Shown here in pieces: positions 24,692 to 37,310 of a stretch of 64,000 nucleotides of DNA. The DNA is taken from contig NC_043013.1 in assembly GCF_006345805.1 (NCBI RefSeq), positions 55,614,001-55,678,000 of the forward strand, written 5' to 3'. The notes beneath the pieces are model-generated. The model had not been told where the DNA came from, did no database searches, and was given only the letters and a program-made list of their open reading frames with translations. The DNA comes from Octopus sinensis (Eukaryota). The translations under genes and the position numbers were made by a program. Position 1 is the first letter of the stretch, and every line of letters starts with the position of its first letter.

Positions 24692-25108
24692 GGATCTTTT
24701 CAGTTTGAACGGCAGTTTTTTCTAGCAGTGTCATATGAAATTGTCACCCATAATTATGACCCTAGTATCAATCTATTGCATTTCAATCTGTTTTAGGATT
24801 AGTTAGGGTAGGGTTACATTTAGGGTTAGGGGTGGGGGAGGGTATCTTTTTTCTTCACAAATGTAAATAAACCCAATCTGTTTCTTAAACGAGGGACAGA
24901 TTCATACGGCAATGGACGTCATTGATTGGTTGAAATTGCAGAAATTGAAGAAAAAAAAACAACAAATATCTTACAAACTATAGAACTTTCTCAATAAAGC
25001 CAAGAGAAAAAGATGTTTTATAAACACGTTCTACCAGTATACGAAGTTAAAAATTTTTTAGTTACCAAGAAATTATGTTAAAAACTGCCGTTCAAACTGA
25101 AAAGATCT
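24692..25108. mobile_element. 417-bp MITE with 28-bp perfect TIRs and 8-bp TSD (hAT-like)
   Basis: gatcttttcagtttgaacggcagttttt (24693-24720) and its exact reverse complement (25080-25107). Direct repeat gcgtagga at 24684-24691 and 25109-25116. Confidence 0.92.
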
Positions 25109-25201
25109 GCGTAGGAATCTGAAAAAAAAACGATTTCAAACCAAATGCATTTTTCAAGGTGTGGTGCGAAACTGCATTACCCCCCTCCCCCCAAAAAAAT
25201 C

Positions 25202-26256
25202 CGTATGCAACAGATAAGTCGTCTTCATAACATATTTCTGTGCAGCAGACCGTTAGCTATTATTTCTAGCATAACGAGTTTCCTGGTGGGGGTTTCATTT
25301 GCCTTCGTTGCCTGTTTGTTGCTTCAGTAGAAATCTACGGATGCACAAACGCACAAAAAGGAGAAAATAAAACAAATATGGACGACTTGTTCAGAAACAC
25401 CTGCGAGTCAGGAACAGTTCTCAAAAATAGCCCCCAAAATTCCTATGTCCTCAGTTTATTTGTAGAGAATTTCATTAAAAAATATCCATTTTCTTGAAAG
25501 TTAAGACAAACTGAAGTGAACTCCAGTAAATTCTCCGAAATTCCCCACCAAAACTCCTCCTAAAATACTTTCCTCCAAAATTTTGTATATTCGGAATCTA
25601 CGTGATATAACACATATTCGGAGACAATTTCATTAGAAGTTATCCATTTCTATCTGAAGTCGGGGTTGAGGCAGAAATCTGTCTTTGAATCAAACACGAA
25701 AATATTTCAGTTGAAACAGATATTTGCAACAATTTCTTCCAAAAGATTTCGGAAAATCTGCTCAAAACGAAACCAAAAATATTCCGTGAATCTTCTCAAC
25801 TGCAAAAGCCTTTGTATCAATGATGGAAGTTTTTTCTTACCTTTTTGCTGAATTCATAAACTGACCGGTGGTAATAAAACGACACCTTTTAGTTTTCATC
25901 TCTGTTCATATATATTATACGAGTGTGTCGTACGCTACCGGTTCCATTAATCTCTCTCTCACTCACTCTATCTATCTGTCTCCTCTCGTCTCTCTCTCTC
26001 TCTTTCTCATTCTCCCTCTTTCTCTTCCTTCCCTGACGCTACCCCTCACTTCCATTCTATTCTTTCATCTCTCACCCCCGAACACCATTTATTGCCATAT
26101 TCTTCTACAGCACCACATACTCCTTGTGTACCTGGATCTTTTGTCGCCAGAGATAAAAGACTCTCAGACACACCTGCACACAGAAGTCTGTCTCCAGTTT
26201 ATTCCTCCAGAGGGAATTAAGATGGCATTGCTTTCTGTATTGACCAGTTCTATACT

Positions 26257-26287
<31 letters not shown>

Positions 26288-26537
26288 CGTAATTACCTGC
26301 ATGTTTTCACATACCACTAAATCGAAGGAAATAATCTATTCCCTCTTTAGTGAAATCACGTCTCTGAAGTGTCCAAAATTTGATAAAATTGTCCAAAGAA
26401 GGGACGTAAAGAATTTTCTTTTTTTTAATAACTTATTCTCGAATTGCCCCTTTTCTCTCTATATGAAACATTGTGTACAAAAGGTAACCTTACACATGCT
26501 CCACCAGTGGGACAGGCATCGCACATTGGGAATCATG
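25202..26537 (+). mobile_element. Interspersed repeat module B, copy 2
   Basis: Colinear with 7597-8960; ORFs 25666-25851 and 25868-26320 mirror 7954-8187 and 8232-8519. Confidence 0.75.
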
Positions 26538-26769
26538 GATTTAGCCCAAGACTAGAGTAGCAGTCAGTTACTCAGCGTGTCACCCAGTAGAATTGAACCC
26601 AGAACCATGTGGTAGGAAGCAAGCTTCTTACCACACAGCCCTGCTTCTGCCTCTATCAAATCTTACCTCTTTCTGCCTTCCTTTTAATCCAGTCAACTGA
26701 GAGGACTCCCTCACTCCACTCCATGTTACTTCCGTAAAACAAAATTTCTCAGTGTTACATCTGTCTGTT

Positions 26770-27140
26770 GTCTTTTATCTCTTGCTTGCTTCAGTCATTG
26801 GACTGTGGCCCTGCTGGGGCACTGCCTTCAAGAATTATAGTTGAATGAATCAATCCCAGTACTTATGGATATTTTTAACTCTTGTACTTATTCTATCAGT
26901 CTTTTTTGCTGAACTCTTAAGTCACAGTGATGTAAACAAAACAGCATCGATTGTCAAGCAGGGTTGAGTGTGACACACACACATACAATGGGATTCTGCA
27001 TAGTTTCTGCTTACCAAATGCGCTCAGAAGGCTCTGGTTGTCCTGGGTCTCTAATATCAGACACATGTACCTGTGATGCACAGGGGGAGTGAACCAGAGA
27101 TCCTGAGGTTGCAAAGCAAGCTTCTTAACCACACAGCCAT
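26770..27140 (-). mobile_element. CORE-like tRNA SINE (...ccaaagccttgtgagtggatttggtagacggaaactgaaagaagcc family) plus associated 3' block
   Basis: Homologous copies at ~35130-35290 (+), 50920-51310 (-), 53330-53500 (-), 54990-55130 (-), 60150-60320, 60540-60650 (+) and 62310-62450 (-). Confidence 0.7.
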
Positions 27141-27929
27141 GATAAAAATAAAAAAATAAACATTTTCAAAATATTCCCAAGACATTAAGACTATATGTAA
27201 ATTCTAATGACTCGTCTTTGTGGATTTTCTTCATGCTACTCTTCGAATACTAATATTGTTTGTTTTTCAAGAGCTTCTGAACATATTTAACAAATCTCCC
27301 CCATTATAACCTACGTAAGGAAACTATTCCTTTCTCTTGGCTGTGGTTAATTATTAACTAATGACATCCATCTGGGATATAACGTCAACAAGCTTTAATT
27401 ACAGACGTCTTTTGGAAAATGACACGGCACAAGAATCACTGTGTTTGTTTAGAATCAGCTGTAAAAGTAGACAATAATTATTGTGTAATTAAACTAACAT
27501 GGTAGTTTATAAAACTATTTCTCTAAATCTTTTAATGATATGATAAGTATGACTGGCAAAGAAAGTTATGGGGTGGGGTGGGGCAATATATGATGGTATC
27601 AAGATATTGACCAGACTATCAGATGCTGTTATACATTGCTGGTCACAATGCACTTCACATTGTTTTAGCTTTCGAATGACACTCCCCCTCGTTGGCTTGG
27701 CAAGCAAGCCAACATTGCCTCAGGTCAGATGGCTAATCTATCACAGGGTTACCCATTTACAGCAGAGAGCTGAGTGGAGTGGAACAATGTGGAATGAAAT
27801 GTTTTACTCAAGAATACAACACGCCACCTGGTCTGGAAATCGAACCCATGGTCTAGTGATCTTGAGTGCGACACCCAAACCACTAGGTCACGCCTATTTA
27901 TTTAACAGGTGCAAAGAATATCATCATCG

Positions 27930-28210
27930 TTTAACGTCCTCCTTCCATGCTGGCATGGGTTGGATGATTTGACAGGAGCTAGCCAGGGAGGAGCCTGCAC
28001 CAGAATTCAGTTTTGGCAGGGTTCTTATGGCTTGATGCCCTTCTTAACACCAACCACTCTGTAGAGTGGGCTGAGTGCTTTTTACATGGCACTCGCACAG
28101 GTGACATCAGTTTTGGCATGGTTTTTTACAGCTGGATGCCCTTCCAAATGCCAACCACTTTACAGTGTGGACTGGGTGCATTTTAAGTGGCACCTGCACT
28201 GGTGGGGGTC
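27930..28210 (-). mobile_element. RTE LINE 3'-end fragment with internal duplication
   Basis: catcatcgtttaacgtc..ccatgctggcatgg tail; the gatgcccttc..ccaaccact block occurs twice (~28035 and ~28135). Confidence 0.85.
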
Positions 28211-29299
28211 ACTGGTGGGGACTTTGGGGTAAAATATTTTCTTCTGGTTTCAGCAGAGTTGATTGATAAACTTAGCATTAACAGATATAAAAACCAGAAT
28301 CAAAACTGAAATTATTGCAAGCTTTGATTTGCACAAGAGTTAATGTGTCTGGAAAGTTTAAAACTATTGGAAGAGAATCAATTTAACCAAAATTGTATTT
28401 TGTACTTAAAACTCATCTTCTCAGGAATGTTGTTTGTAGATTTATTAGAATGATAACATCTATCTCTGCTCCCAAAATAGTTTAGATGACAACAAATTAG
28501 ATTCTGATGTATGTTCAGGAAAAACAATATTTTGTGTGAGTGAAGATTCCAACAAAACTGAGTATTGGTCTGCAAGATAGAGCACTATGTGGTCTCCATT
28601 TAAGATTCCTTTCAAAGTTGATTCCTATAAATTTAAATTAATCGTCATATACTATTGTATTGCTGTCAACTTCCAGCTGTGGGACTCAATCCGGGACAAT
28701 ATAGTTTCTGATGGTGAAGAAAGACTATTCACTTAGTTTATGAGGCACTGAGTGAGAGCTTGCTTCCTGTCTGTCACTTTGATTCCAATAAGAATATATT
28801 TGGATGGTTAAAATTGTTCAGAGTTCACATTGTGTAATTGATAGTAAAATCACCTGGCAACAGAGTTCAATTCTTCTGGAGATAGAGTTCCATTCATTTC
28901 TGCATAAGGCCACCCTTACAGGCATGAGGTGTGTAAGGGTGTGTTTGTATCTTGTAGCTATCTCATTTCACTGTGTGCGTGTGTGTGTACATTTATTAAA
29001 TTCATTTAGATTTTTTTGTTTCTATATTTCTCTTGAAATACGCTATTTTGGTTTTAAATAATTTTTAAAATTATGAAGGATTTGGTAAAATAGATTGAAA
29101 CCAGTACGTAACTGGTACTTAATTTATCCAGCCGGAAAGGATGAAAGGCAAAGTTGACCTAGGTGGAATTTGAACTCAGAATGTAAAGACAAATGAAATA
29201 CCACTAAGCATTTTGCCTGGCATGCTAACATCTCTGCCAGCTCGCTGCCTTACATGCACATATATATATATATTACACACACATACATACATATAATTT

Positions 29300-29690
29300 T
29301 GTGTGTGTATTGGTAATGGGTATACTTCCTTCAATTTGTTTGTTGCCAGGAAAAGAGTTTCAGAAGAGATGGACAGAGTCCTTCTCTGAGGAATAAGAAA
29401 AGATTTTCTTAGTTCTTCATCCATGAGAGTTTGGACAATAAGGTATAAAAGGAAATGGCAAAGAATTGGTTGCTGGACATGCACGGAAAGGAAGTAGTGT
29501 GAGGGAGAAAAGTAACTGAAGAGAGAAAGGAAGAGATTTTGTGAGGGACGATACTAGGGGGTGAGTATAGGGGCATATTTGAGAGAAAGAAGAGAAGGGG
29601 ATAGGGGTTGATGTGAGGCAAGGCAAGGAGGGTCTTTGTGCTGAGCAGGTCAGTGACCACAACAAGCAGCTAATCAATAACATTATTCAC
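29300..29690 (-). mobile_element. Possible CR1/L2-type LINE 3' end
   Basis: Minus-strand KSFLIPQRRTLS followed by LF*NSFP resembles the SF.PRT..LWNSLP C-terminal motif; purine-rich plus strand. Weak. Confidence 0.4.
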
Positions 29691-29759
29691 ATATACATCT
29701 GTACACACACACACACACACAAAACAAACAGACTATAGCCTAGGAAATATGCACACATA

Positions 29760-29793
<34 letters not shown>

Positions 29794-30029
29794 GATATAA
29801 GAAACCTGAATACATAAAAACACACAGAATTATATACAGACACTGATTATGAAAGTTGGGTTACTACGTTGCCTGTTCTCAAATGCAGGCATGCATGCAC
29901 AGCAAAATGCACAATCTCCTGGGAAACAATAATAGACGTACACCACATATGACATCACTACACGTATAGTGTGACTGCCTGCACATATACACAAAAAACA
30001 CACCTACACAAGGAAGTCTATCCAGGAAG

Positions 30030-30097
30030 ATCATCATTATTGCCATCAGCATTACCATCATCATAATCATCACCATTGTCATCATTATTTCCATTGC

Positions 30098-30137
<40 letters not shown>

Positions 30138-30157
30138 GTCATCATTATCATCATTAT
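30030..30157. repeat. (CAT)n microsatellite
   Basis: Directly visible; explains the poly-Met ORF 29879-30229. Confidence 0.97.
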
Positions 30158-31265
30158 ATGTTCCATAAAAGACATAAAAATCGAAAGTAGAATCATTCTT
30201 ATGGAAGAATGTGTATAATGGTGTGGCATAGTGGGGTGGGGTGGGTGTAGCAGGAAGAGAAAGACTTGTTCAAAAAGTTAAGGGAAGAAATATTCCAAGA
30301 ATGGATGCGGTCTTTTATTTTTGTGCTTTCGGGTGTTTGCTGTTTTGTGATGTGCAGATATGCCAAAAGCCAAGAACTGGTAAATGGAATGGCCAGACGA
30401 GTTCCATCGGTGGATCTGCAATGTGTTGGTGAATGCTACAAGCAAAGCAGCAACCTGTTACAGCCATTTAAAGGTTAGCATTGAGTTTGTGCCTGATGCA
30501 ATATATATAAGGTTGAAGAAATGTAGAGCTTGGTTTTGAATTGGTTCTTGAGATTGGTGCCCTGCTATTGATGTGGTGTTGTTGATTCAACTCCTATCCT
30601 GGGCCACTTCATTTGAATTGCTTCTACTCTAAGTGAGAATTATATTCGCACTCTCAGAGAATGAAGAGTGTTCTTTTTCCTATTTTAAGTTGTTACGATT
30701 ACATGTTGCAAACACAAAATTTGAATGTCCACAGTTTAAATATAAAAATATGTCCCCTAACCCTAACCCTCAGTTGGGGCCAAAGGCCAAGCTTCTACAT
30801 GATCTCTTAAACTGCTAGAAAGAATACTCAAATTTCCTTCAATCATTGCTCTAACATCTCATAAATAAAAGAACAGTGTGGATGATGTCAACTGTGGTCC
30901 ACTATGTCAAAAGAAAAGGCTGTATGGCTGTGACTGGACTGGCCTTGGGTCATAATTCTGTCAGGTCAGATAGAACTAAGCTGAAGGTAAACAACTATAG
31001 TGGACATATTATTGTGAAATCCTGTACATGTGTGTAAAGAACAAGAAAATGGTGGTTTTACATGATATATATATATATCATGTAAAAACACCATTTTATA
31101 TATATATATATCAAATATAAATTAGAGATAAAACCACTATTAGGCAACTCAAATAGTGATAGACATAAACCAAAACATAAATAACAAATAATATATATTT
31201 TTATAAAACATATAACTTATAACTAGAAATTGAATTTTTTCCTGAAAGTTTGGAGTTATACTCCC

Positions 31266-31349
<84 letters not shown>

Positions 31350-31748
31350 TTTATTTTATTTTATTTATTTATTTATTTATTTATTTATTTTTTAAAATTA
31401 TATAGCTATCAAAAAGTATTAAAAGTTTAATATAAGATAATATCTTATATTAAACTTTTAATACTTTTTGATTGTTATATAATTTTTAAAAAAATAAATA
31501 AATAAATAAATAAAATAAAATAAAAATAATATATATATATATATATATTTAAAATTTATAAGTTTAAATTATTCATTTAAATAATTTTTTAAATCTTAAC
31601 TTTAATTTAAATATTTTAATTTGGAATTTTATATTTTATATTTTTTATATTTATTAATTAATTTTATTTCTATGTATTGGCTTATGATTTTCACTGTTTG
31701 ATTTGCCTAATAGTGGTTTTATCTCTAATTTAATATAATATATATATA

Positions 31749-32935
31749 AATGCGCAGAGACCATCTTCCACCACATTCCAGGGAGAAAAACTTGAAATAG
31801 TTGATAGTTTCCGTTACATAGGTGACCAAGTCAGTAGCGGGGGTGGGTGTGCCGAAAGTGTAACTGCTAGGGTAAGAATAGCTTGGGCAAAGTTCAGAGA
31901 GCTCTTACCTCTGCTGGTGACAAAAGGCCTCTCGCTCAGAGTAAAAGGCAGACTGTATGAAGCATGTGTGCGAACAGCCATGCTACATGGCAGTGAAACA
32001 TGGGCCGTGACTGCTGAGGATATGCGTAAGCTCGCAAGAAATGAAGCCAGTATGCTCCGCTGGATGTGTAATGTCAGTGTTCATACCCTACAGAGTGTAA
32101 GTGCCTTGAGAGAAAAGTTGGACCTAAGAAGCATCAGATGTGGTGTGCAAGAGAGGCGTCTACGCTGGTATGGACACGTAGTAAGAATGGCTGAAGATAG
32201 TTGTGTGAAAAAGTGCCACACCCTAGCGGTTGAGGGAACCTGTGCAAGAGGTAGACCCAGGAAGACCTGGGACGAGGTGGTGAAGAACAACCTTCCTGCT
32301 TTAGGTCTCACTGAGGAAATGACCAGAGACCGAGACCTTTGGAAGTATGCTGTGCGCGAGAAGACCTGGCAGGACACTTGAGGCCATAACCCATGGCCCC
32401 TACCTGGGACGTAGTCAGTTCACCTGTGCATACCTTCCTTCTTGGGACACATAACTCTACTTGTGAAGACCTGTTGAGGCAAGTGAAAATCAAATCAAAT
32501 CAAATCAAAATCGATGAACATCAATGGAATTTGTAGTTTTGTGGTACCAGTGCTGGTGGCACATAAGAAAACCATCCGAACATGGCCGTAGCCAGTACTG
32601 CATCGACTGGCCTCCATGCTGGTGGCACGTAACAAACACCATCCGATCGTGGCCGTGCCAGCCTCGCCTGGCCTCCATGCCGGTGGCATGTAAAAAACAC
32701 CATCCAAGCGTGGCCGTTCGCCAGCCTTGTCTGGCACCTGTGTTGGTGGCACATAAAAAGCACCCACTACAATCACGGAGTGGTTGGTGTTAGGAAGGGC
32801 ATCCAGCTGTAGAAACACTGCCAGATCTGACTGGCCTGGTGCAGCCTTCGGGCTTCCTAGACCCCAGTTGAACCGTCCAACCCATGCTAGCATGGAAGGC
32901 GGACGTTAAACGATGATGATCATGATCATGATGAT
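31749..32935 (+). mobile_element. 5'-truncated RTE/RTEX-type LINE with uninterrupted ORF2 C-terminus (31749-32381), 3' UTR array and (GAT)n tail
   Basis: 210 codons open: NAQRPSSTTFQGEKLEIVDSFRYIGDQ...MLHGSETW...RLRWYGHVVRM...GRPRKTWDEVV. Same family as the 17 kb copy; ends ccatgctagcatgg..ggacgttaaacgatgatgat. Confidence 0.95.
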
Positions 32936-35900
32936 TATACTATAAAATTAGATTTAATCCTAAATCTAATTTTTCCCTGTAAGTTTGGATTTACTCCCTA
33001 ATATTATTATTATTAATTTATATATATATATGTAGAAGCAGAAAGTAAATGGCCATGCGGGTCACTGGAAGAATAACTAGTTCAGCATTGATACTAACGT
33101 CTATGAAATCCACTCTAAAATCTGACCATGATATTGTAAGCCCACATACATACAAAATATTTCACTTGATCTGTAGCTTTTGACCATTCTATTCATGGCC
33201 CCCTTACTTACCTAAAATACCTCTGTGGCCTCCTAATAAATGATACGAATTAAAAGAAATTGTTTGACCATTTGCAATGTTTATTAATTGTGGCTCTGAT
33301 AAACAAAAACAAAAACTATTTGAAGTAGCTTGCAAAAACGACCTATTCTAGGCAGATAAAATGGTGTATTAGCAGACAAAATTTGACAAAGAAATAAATG
33401 TACAGCAAGAGTATTATCTATAACAATTATCCTTATTAATGTGGATTTTATTTATGGAAAAGTTTCTCCAAAACAGAATATTTAGTAATGTCCTGAATTG
33501 GTGCAGTTCAAATGTTGCCAAATGTCTTTAAAAAGTTGTTAAATGTTGTTGTTTCTATGTGGTTGTCTTATATTTGAGTTTTAGCAGTTAGATACCAGAA
33601 CATAGTTGCAAATAATAGTATACAGTAGTATGTAGTAGAACTAGTAAACTATTGCAATGGTCTCTTATTCTATCAAGCTTGAAAGGATGAAAGGCAGCAT
33701 CGACCTCAGCAGAATTTGAACTCAAACTGTGAAGATGGATGAAATGCTGCTAAACATTTTGCTCAGTTTGCTAACGATTCTGCCAGCTCAATGCCTTAAT
33801 TACATTATTAATAATAATAAACATAATCATAATTCATTAGTCATTGTCAGTCACATGAGTGACATTTCTTTCAACTTTTGCATCTCTTTACAGCTTATCT
33901 CCCTTTGTATTAAATTTACATTTAAAACATCACCTTTACAATTTTGTTTGTACTCGTTTGTTGCCATGGTTTGGCTTAGGTCATTATAGTCTGAGTTTGT
34001 TCTTATTCACAGATATTGCCCTCCAATGTTGATCAGAAGACAAGTTGATTGTATATTCAAACTTTGGACTTTTTTCTATGGTTGAATTCTTTACAAACAC
34101 GGATCTTTTTAAAGAACGAACTAGGTTCATTTTATCACAGCATCATGGATTCATTAATATCTTTACATCAGCAAGAAATGTGGTTTCTTATATTCTGCAA
34201 GACTTAAGTTTCTTTACATTTATTGGAGAACTAACAAATGAAAATGAACAGTATTCATTTTTGAAATGTTTTCAGCATAGAAAATGTTTTGTCTTACAGA
34301 TTACATAAGTTCCAAACTTCCATGTTAGCAAAACATGGAGGGGGAAAAAAGTTCAATGATTTTTTAAAAAGATGTTTGATATGAGACTTGCTCTGGTGGC
34401 AAATTGTATATTATTCTACACAAGTTGGAAGCATTCATAATGAGATAAAAATCAGATGTATCATGGAAGCATTAAAATATAATGAGAAAAAAAAACTGTA
34501 TGTTTTTGACATGCGATATTCTTATGTCTACCTATTCTACAGAACTTACATGAAAATGTCAGCTGCATTGTATTCAGATTAGAGGAACAAATTTCCATCT
34601 GTGTTACTTCACCAACAGAAACATGTGAAGCTGATACATTCTGATTTTATCAAGATCTACAGATGTTGACAACCAATTAATGTTGGTTTTTGAGTTGTCA
34701 AACCTATTATTGAAAGAGAGCTCACACAAAACCATAGATATGCTCTCTCCATTACTTAGAAATGGTACAAAAAATTTCTTGCATACAGTTCAATCTACAG
34801 ACTCTAAAACTTGTATTTACTCGTATCTACATTACAGCTTTAGCTTTCTGTCCACAGTAACTAACAAATGTGGATGCATTAGATACACAGGGCTAGAAAT
34901 GAAGGAATTGAGCACCAAGTTTAGCTTCATTAGTTTGCTTGATTCCTGCTCAAACAGACAGAAAAGATATTTTAAGACTGGCTCAAGTGAAAGCATCGAC
35001 ATTCTGAATATATTTATTGATTTATATTTTATGCCCCTAAGAGTAAAGCTCAAGAAGATACACCTCCATCTTGACTGTATAAATACACTTATCAAAGATG
35101 GTTGGTTGGTGTCATCAGATTTTGAGGAGAGGCATGGATGTGTAGTTAAGAAACATGCTTCCCAACCACACGGTTTTGGGTTCAGTCCCACTGTATAGCA
35201 GCTTTGGTAAATATCTTCCACTATAATACTAACTTCATCAAAGTTTTCAGAGTGGATTTGGTAGCCAGAAACTGAAAGAAGCCAGTTGCCAGCATGTACA
35301 CACACACACACACACATGTATGCATTTATGTAAATATACGTATATGTATTTTTTATAGATAGCAGTTTGGTAACAAAGAACTAAGTCAAATACTAAAACA
35401 ATAGAAGTCCCAGAGACGTTCGCTGTGAATATTTCTTGGTTGATGTGCAAAGAAAATAAAGTTATAGAGTGAATGTTATAGAATGAAAGTGTAACTTTCC
35501 AGACATAGTCTTTCATTAGATACAAAGAGAAATGTTCAGGGAAGAGGAGAGAGAGAGAAGAGGAAAAGAGAAGGGAACCAGGGAAAGACATGCAGATATT
35601 TTGCATGCAAGTATGTATGTATGGATGTGTATGCGTGTGTTTGTGTGTGTGTGTGTGGTCTTGTTTTGACAACATGCAGTGGTTCTAAGTGAGTGTCATC
35701 TTCATAAAAGCAATTTCATTTCTGATTCCAGTCTTCCGTGAAAACATGACCATCCATGAAGAAATATTACTTTGCTTGGAAATGGGGGAAGACTGGTGGT
35801 AGAAAGGTCATCTGGCCATAGAAAGCCTGGCTCAAGAAATTCTATTTTACCTGTGTGCAAGCATCAAAAAGTGGGCATAGAGACAGTGATGATGATGATG

Positions 35901-36910
35901 ATGAGGAGGAGGAGGAGGAGGGGGGATATAGGAAATCCAGAAGAGTAATTTAAGCCACTGCTTCTCTCTGTTTATTTAGTATCTCAATCTAAATATCCTG
36001 ACTATGATACTGAAAAACCTTTAATTTATTTAAAGAATAAAATAGATATTTGCATAAAATTATAAAATAATTCTGTTTATACTTCAATAAATTATATGTG
36101 TATAGAATTTTATCACTTAAATAGAATTTTTGATTAAATTAAAATTCCATTATTGAACACTGTTTTGTTGTAAGCAAATTAGTTTTAGGGTCAGTCAGTA
36201 CAGATGCAATAAACTTAAATATTCTAGCAATTGAGTTTAGGATGTTATGATTGTCGTTGAATATGTTTTCTTTGGAGAAGAATAATTCTTTAATGACATT
36301 AAAGAATAACAATACAGAAATATGGTTAGAACTTAGCATTTTTAGTCGACTGTGTATGATCAAAATATAAAACTATTTGAAAAAAAAGACAAAAAACAAA
36401 TAGCAATTTACCAAAGAAAATAAATCTTTTAAATTATGTTCAATGAAATAATTTAAATCAAATAAAATCTATTACTTAATCTGGATAATGATGTTAATGA
36501 TGATATTAAAAATCATTTCTTATGTAACCTGGAAGGATAAGATGTTTAAAATGTAAAGTAGAAATTGCAACATTCATACATTTCCAAAGATCATTAGTCT
36601 TGTATGCAAAATAAAATTGTTCTTCATCATTCAATGATGCCATAACCAGTTCTGGAGTTTATTTAAAGAGTATTTTTGGAATTGCCCAATCCTATATTTG
36701 ACACGTGTATTCAAGGAGATTAAAAACAACGATGTTGCTCCTTGAAAGCAAACTCCATATTTTTTTTCATTTTCATTTCTTTCTTTTTGTTTTCTAAATT
36801 TTCTTTTTTTAATATTTCTTTTGTTTTATGGTTTTATTCCTTTGAGTAATCAATGGTAAGAATTGATAGATTAAACCTCACCATCCTACTTCAAATTTTA
36901 GAATACATTT

Positions 36911-37310
36911 CTATAACCATATTATTTGACACACACATGCATGCACGCAAGTGCACACACACACACACACACACACACACACCACATGCACGCACCACAC
37001 ACACACGCATTTATTATTAAAAGTGATTAAAAACTTCAGTATAAGTATGCATTCACACATACATGTACACACACACATACATGTACACACACACATACAT
37101 GTACACACACACACACATATATATACATACATACACACACGCATCCCTACATACATACATACAACCATACATACATACATACAAGTGCATACATACTTAC
37201 ATACATATATATATCTATATATATACACACACACACACACACACATATGCATATAAATACACTGGTGCATGCATATGGAGAAGTTCTCACACACACACAC
37301 AGATAGCTAC
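36911..37310. repeat. Compound (CA)n/(TACA)n microsatellite
   Basis: Directly visible; explains the His/Thr- and Cys/Val-rich ORFs. Confidence 0.97.

Noticed and set aside
24806-24831. Telomeric TTAGGG repeats (also CCCTAA at ~30763)
   Set aside because: Only 2-4 degenerate units inside interspersed repeats; not a telomere or true interstitial array.
32540-32775. Regularly spaced palindromic repeats in the RTE 3' UTR resembling a CRISPR array
   Set aside because: The 'spacers' are homologous to each other, the array is part of a LINE UTR seen in several copies, there are no cas genes and the context is eukaryotic.
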